Source: Owenia fusiformis (taxonomy: Eukaryota). From it: a DNA stretch of 64,000 nt. The translations under genes were made by a program, and so were the position numbers. The stretch covers positions 27,404,001 to 27,468,000 of the forward strand of contig CAIIXF020000001.1 in assembly GCA_903813345.2 (NCBI GenBank), in the 5' to 3' direction. Each line of letters opens with the position of its first letter. Within the stretch, counting starts at the first letter, position 1. The notes under the pieces are model-generated. The model was given only the letters and a program-made list of their open reading frames with translations. It was not told where the DNA came from and did not search any database. Below are positions 58,203-64,000 of the stretch, piece by piece.

Positions 58203-61200
58203 TATATATCTCTGTATATAACTGTATACGTAATACTGTACTACTTTTACTTGTATTACAATCTATGGATTAGAAAATTTGTAGATGTTTACATGTATGT
58301 TGTATTTATAATTTTTGTCAGTGAAATCATTTTTATGGATTTTCAAAATTTCTAGTCTGTGAAATCTAGTCATTTCTATGCATTTTCAAAATGATGTCTA
58401 CATATAGATGTTGTATTTATATTTCTAGTCAGAGTGAAATCTAGTCATTTCAAGTTTTTACATTTCCAGTCAAAGTGAAATCTAGTTATTTTAACTGTAT
58501 ACATATTTCTAGTTAGAGTGAAATCTAGTCATTTCAAAGCTCTTTCAAAGCTAGCCATTGTATCATACATGTAGTATATAATGTGCATATCTTTAATGTG
58601 TTGAAATATTTTAAATAGATTTATGCAAAATAAAATACCTGTTTTGTTAATTTCCTAGAGGGAGGACTTAGCATGTTAACAGCTGTGTAGAATCTAATAT
58701 GAAAATGCTTCATGTCTTTGCCTTATCAAGCTCTAAACTTAAAGCTCCAAAAGCCTATTCCACACCCTGACATCTGTCATGTCTAGCCCAGTTGAATGAC
58801 TATATCATGTTTTACTCCATCCTATATTGTGACTAAATTCGTTCAGAGGGGGTGAGTATGCAATTGTAATAGCCGTTACTTTTTTGGTCTATATTGAAAT
58901 TAACAGGTCATACATACCCCAATATAGACCAATAAATCAATTGTTCTCGTTATTGTGACATCACATATCATGTTAGAATTCAAATTATAATGTTACAATC
59001 CAAAAGATGACCATTAAATTGACGATGTGTAAAATTTTCAGAATGTTTCGATGACTGGTTTAACAGAAACGCGTGTTCAAAAAGTTCACCATATCAATAC
59101 CACTCCTTTACAAATACAATATTATTGAGTTCTTCTGACTCAAATAGTTGAGTATTTACTCATTTTAAGATATTTTGGAGATAATTATAAAATTATCATG
59201 AAATGATCAATAATGATGTTTCACTTATATAGCTTAACTTAACTGACATTTTGAATGGCAACCAACGCAATTATAGGCATCGAAAAAGGAAATTGTGGAA
59301 ACGTATTCCATATCATGGGTTATGGCGAAACTTCAACTGAGTTTCTTTGCAAAACATGTTTGAAGCAAATATCAATTCAATCTTACTTTATAACAAACTA
59401 AGTTAGTTTGTTAGTAACAATGTATAGAAATATGTTCCATGATTATTGTAGATCTAAACAATGATTTACAAACATTAAAACTCAACTCCAATACCTTTTC
59501 TTCATATGTAGAAGCCTAAAAGGGTTGATTAAGCAATGCAATATTATGAATTAAGCTCAAAACATATCGTGAAATGTTGTTTTCGACTGTTACTACCCCA
59601 TGATACGGAAATGACAATGGAGTCACCAATAGGCATTTATATTTTATGAATCATATATAATCACTTTATTGGACATTGAATTATCTTTCAAATGATATAT
59701 AATTTATGGATATTTCTAACATACTAGCGAAGGTATTACTAAAATAAAAGTATGGACATTTTTATTTGCCCACCCTGTATTGTCGTCATGCCAGTAAAAT
59801 TCCCCTCCAACAACATTTGACTAGATTGAAACTGTGCCTGATCCGTGACCATCATTATGACACATACAGTATGTCCTTGATTTCTTTGTGTCTATGTCTT
59901 ATAGATAAGACAATGAAAGGTAGTTACCCATTGTGATAATACATAAAACAAATTATGCAACTTTGTATGAAAATGTGAGGTCATTTGGAGGTAAACAGCA
60001 TGTAAAAAATCTACAAATCATCTTCCAAAACCGCTTACAAAAGGGTGACCCGCCTACCCAAAACAATCGTCACCATGGCAACAGCCAAAACAATTGAAGT
60101 GACGCTAACCCATTGTCATTGGTCTTGTTTGATAGGTTAATATTTTCTACATCATCAGTGAAAATTTCAATATGATTGAATAAAGTATGAACAAATGAAT
60201 TACTTTCTGATCGGGCCTCGTTTCAACATCTACTCACCTCTATTTTGTCACTAAATAGAATTTAGAAAATTATGAAATTACCCTCTCCACTACAAGGTTA
60301 CCTATGTATCGCAATCGCTTATTTTTAGTTAATGATGTTAACCCTATGGTTTTCTCAATGAATATATTTCTTGGCGGTCTATCACTTGAGTAATAGCAGA
60401 TTAAATTATTGGAGTGCAACAATACATGGCTTAGCTAACAGACTTAAAGGGATATTACTTTGCAGACACTCTCTCTCCTAATATGGTAGCTATAACCATA
60501 TAATGTTTAGCAAAACATGGACAAATGTTTTGATATAGTCAATATTGATCAGTTAAATATGTAGCGCTGAATTCAATTAGGCTGTCATATTGTAAGACTT
60601 CACACAGGAAGTGATGTCTTCGACTCTCAAATTTGCACGTGGCATTAGGTAGGGAGGTGTTAAGTACAACCAGCTGAATATTCCTTTTTCATTGTGTCTA
60701 TGATTTTATCCTTCCGATAATCTCTTCTTTAATTCAAAGTTGACAAGCACTTAAATATTTGTGCACAGAGCTAATTGTCTAGAAGTGATTTTTGCTAGTT
60801 TCGACAGAAACTAGAATATATATTCACCATCACGCACGGGTACTATAACTTTCCTAGTTTACAAGAAAATAAGAATTGTCTGGAGGGGAAAATATCTGGA
60901 AATTATAACCCCTCATGCATTATCATAATAATTATCTTTGGAAATGTAAACACAATAAAAAATCTAGTTTTGTGTTGAATGAAACATTTGATGAAAAAGA
61001 AGATTTTTCTGACGACATCTATACATTTAAGATGGACATAAAACTAGGACCTGAAACTAGTTGTACTATCCATTCGTTCACTACGTTGTTAACGTATCAT
61101 TCTGTTACCCATCAATATTGTCTGGTGATATATTTTATCAAAATATATCTAACATATAGTCGGAGTTAGACTTTACATCCTCGGAAACCAGGTTAGGATC

Positions 61201-61328
61201 ACCTGGGTTCCAAGAATGTATGATAAATATGTCGAGTCAAGTACCGGACGGGGGCTATATCAACAGGGACACGAAACAAAACAAAACAGAATATAGATTT
61301 TCATACAGTATTCGAAACATTTATTTTT

Positions 61329-61942
61329 TCATTTTTGATTACAAGCAAATGTGCCTATTTTTGATGCTATGGCTTTGGCGAGGCTTAAATCAGCAACTTG
61401 ATAAAGAGGTGGCAGAAACGTGTGTTCCGCATCGGGGTCGGTAGCAAGATCATTCCAGTGGGTCCCAGGGTCTTTAGCTCGCTTGTGGGGTAAGCCAACT
61501 ACAATGACATCTGCATTGTAAGGATGTCCCTCAAGTTTCCTGGCTAGTGCTACAGCTTTTGGCTTAAAACGTTTTGGATGCGTCACACCATCGGTTATGA
61601 TACAAACAAAATTCTTATTGTTAGGCCGATCTCCATTTTTATCCAAGTACTCCTCAGAGATTTGCTTAAGAGCTTTATCTGTTCTTGTTTTCCTCCCGTC
61701 TAACTCCATAAATAAGCCAGCAATATTGTCCAAGACTCCATCTTTTGTGTTGTTAGTATTTAAGTAAAACTGGTCTTTGACGGTCTTGTCGAATACCAGG
61801 GCTGCAAACTGCACTTCTGTCTGACGGGGACCAACTTCGAACTGGTTGACTATGTTTGCCATTAACGTTGTCACGTCTTTTAATACTTCTCGCTTTACAC
61901 TGTAGCTGTTATCTACCGCAAATACCACGTCGGGACCACATT
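61329..61942 (-). CDS. von Willebrand factor A domain terminal exon with complete MIDAS
   Basis: Acceptor ttttttaag|AA TGT; CGPDVVFAVDNSYS (DxSxS), TRTDKAL, IITDG, VIVVG, terminal Cys, TGA at 61329. Upstream exons not located. Confidence 0.88.
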
Positions 61943-61990
61943 CTTAAAAAAAGCATATGAACTTTTCATAATACTCATACTTTTCATAAT

Positions 61991-62914
61991 AACCAGAGGT
62001 TTAAGATTGCAAGCAATCTTACGGAGGCCCCGTAGGCTTTTTTGAACATTTAAAGGTCAGCCAAAGGTCAAATCTTAAATACAATGTCATATATGAACTC
62101 CAGGCATCTTGTAGATGATTTAAAAAAAAAAGTTTGGTCAATTTGAAGCAATGTGAAATTTGACCTTGAAAAATTTCAACATTAGACCTTTTTCAGTTTT
62201 TGAGGTCCAATATCTCAAAACTGGTGCAGAATTTTAATAGATAATCAATTGTTAATATGTGTAACCTTTAGAGAAATATATATCTTGACTTTAATTCAAA
62301 AATATTGATTTGTAGTCACAAACTTTGAGAAACTTAGAAAACACAGTTTGTGATCTTGTTTGATGACCTTGACATTTGACCTTAAAAATTTTACTTTTTT
62401 AGACCTCAGTGGGTCCTTTGTGATCAAATATACCTAAATTTGAATCCGGAAAATCAATTTGAAAAATCAACTTTTTTTACCTTCCGAAGGTCACCGAAGG
62501 TCAACCAAAGGTCAAAAGTCAAAAGTAAGGACATATTTGAGTTCCTGAGATCTTGTAGATGATTTTTAAAAAAGATTCTGGTTCATTTGAAGCAAGTTGA
62601 AAAATGACTGATTTTTGCTGATTTTTGCCGATTTTTGACGTCAAATATCTCAAAAACGGTAAAAAATTAACGCGTACATATAGTGAGTGTAAATTTGAAG
62701 CAAGTTGAAATTTGACCTTAAAAAATTCCGAAATTTCACCGTTTTCAGTTTTTGAGCTCTAATATCTCAAAGCTGGTGCAAAATTTTAATAGATAGTCAA
62801 TTGCTAATATGTGTAGAACCTTTAGAGGAATATATATCCAGACTTCCATTCAAAACTATTGATTTGTAGTTACAAACTTTGAGAAACTTAGATAGAACAG
62901 TTTGTGACCTCATT
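61991..62914 (+). mobile_element. Helentron/HINE-like repeat, truncated by the assembly gap
   Basis: Starts aaccagagg with hairpin taagattgc-aa-gcaatctta; internal duplication (~62140-62360 versus ~62690-62914) with tgacctt motifs. Confidence 0.5.
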
Positions 62915-63414
62915 NNNNNNNNNNNNNNNNNNNNNNNNNNNNNNNNNNNNNNNNNNNNNNNNNNNNNNNNNNNNNNNNNNNNNNNNNNNNNNNNNNNNNN
63001 NNNNNNNNNNNNNNNNNNNNNNNNNNNNNNNNNNNNNNNNNNNNNNNNNNNNNNNNNNNNNNNNNNNNNNNNNNNNNNNNNNNNNNNNNNNNNNNNNNNN
63101 NNNNNNNNNNNNNNNNNNNNNNNNNNNNNNNNNNNNNNNNNNNNNNNNNNNNNNNNNNNNNNNNNNNNNNNNNNNNNNNNNNNNNNNNNNNNNNNNNNNN
63201 NNNNNNNNNNNNNNNNNNNNNNNNNNNNNNNNNNNNNNNNNNNNNNNNNNNNNNNNNNNNNNNNNNNNNNNNNNNNNNNNNNNNNNNNNNNNNNNNNNNN
63301 NNNNNNNNNNNNNNNNNNNNNNNNNNNNNNNNNNNNNNNNNNNNNNNNNNNNNNNNNNNNNNNNNNNNNNNNNNNNNNNNNNNNNNNNNNNNNNNNNNNN
63401 NNNNNNNNNNNNNN
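62915..63414. other. Assembly gap (500 N)
   Basis: Run of N. Confidence 1.
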
Positions 63415-64000
63415 GTTTCAATGTGAAAACGTCAACTCTTACATATGTGAAATATATAATTATAAATAACACAAATGTATTATCTTAAAAGCAAGGAAAT
63501 TGTATCCCAGGCTTCCATCTCGTTATTCTGCCATATATGGAAAAATCGAATGTAACGGCCACACAAAGGTGTATGTGTATGTATCTTTTATTTCCCAATT
63601 TGGAATTGGAGTTTTTAAACATAAGCACATTTATATGTATACACGTATACAAGTTGACATGAACATTATTTACATTTTATATAAAATAAATTAAAACGTT
63701 ACGTAGGATATGGTGGAGTTAAATCGATGTCCCCAGCCTTACAATTGTATTGATGTATTTGAAGAACACTTCTACATAGATTGCAGAGGTCGGCTTGTAC
63801 CATAGCGCTAAAGTTGTCGAGGTGTAAGGACGCATTGCCAAAGATTGCTCTAATATCATTGATGAATGTTTGTCTGTGTTCCGTGTAGGCTTGACACTTC
63901 AGCAAAGCTTGATTTAATTGTTAACTGCGAGGAGATCTTGGTTTTTAACAAATTTCAAGTCAAGAACTATGGATAAATTTTTGGTTACACTCACCATGTT
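63415..64000 (+). repeat. Third copy of the PAN-EGF 5' cassette region; CDS starts at 63969 (MDKFLVTLTM) and runs off the window
   Basis: Matches 27512-27630, 24764-24790, 26097-26400 and 24826-24895. Confidence 0.85.

Larger units (their letters stand above)
51600..59777. mobile_element. Tc1/mariner-type non-autonomous element (TA TSD, CAGGGTG termini), outer shell of a TE nest
   Basis: ta|cagggtgggccaaaaaacgtccata ... tatggacatttttatttgcccaccctg|ta; subterminal tatatcattagaaagacaattcaat matches the reverse complement at ~59675-59700. Confidence 0.7.

Noticed and set aside
62879-63488. Three ~195-aa ORFs in the track
   Set aside because: Artefacts of translating the 500-N gap.

Overview
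AT-rich, intron-containing eukaryotic genomic DNA, probably from an invertebrate (lophotrochozoan-like TE and domain content; this is inference). It is not prokaryotic, and I found no CRISPR array, rRNA or tRNA gene. Host genes: (1) a decayed multi-exon subtilisin/S8 protease on the minus strand (~1.5-7.2 kb) that the ORF track misses; (2) a secreted PAN/Apple-EGF-Thr-linker-LamG gene (24.9-50.5 kb) with a tandemly duplicated 5' cassette, whose LamG exon is split by a very young full-length 11.2-kb Gypsy element, with a third 5' cassette beginning at the window end; (3) a vWA terminal exon. Mobile DNA dominates the window: the Gypsy element (1870-bp LTRs, tRNA-Leu PBS, UUUAAAC -1 frameshift site, pol fused in frame to a zinc-finger ORF3-like extension), an intact CR1-group LINE ORF with a 2A-like motif and complementary 5'/3' UTRs, a gag/RT-deleted Ngaro-type tyrosine-recombinase retrotransposon with split direct repeats, a Transib-type MITE with RSS-heptamer-like ends and a 5-bp TSD, a putative 11.3-kb CACTG element carrying LINE fragments and a 3-kb satellite, plus Harbinger, Kolobok, Tc1/mariner and Helentron-type non-autonomous elements, many of them nested. 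There is a 500-N assembly gap at 62915-63414. All coordinates were read by eye.
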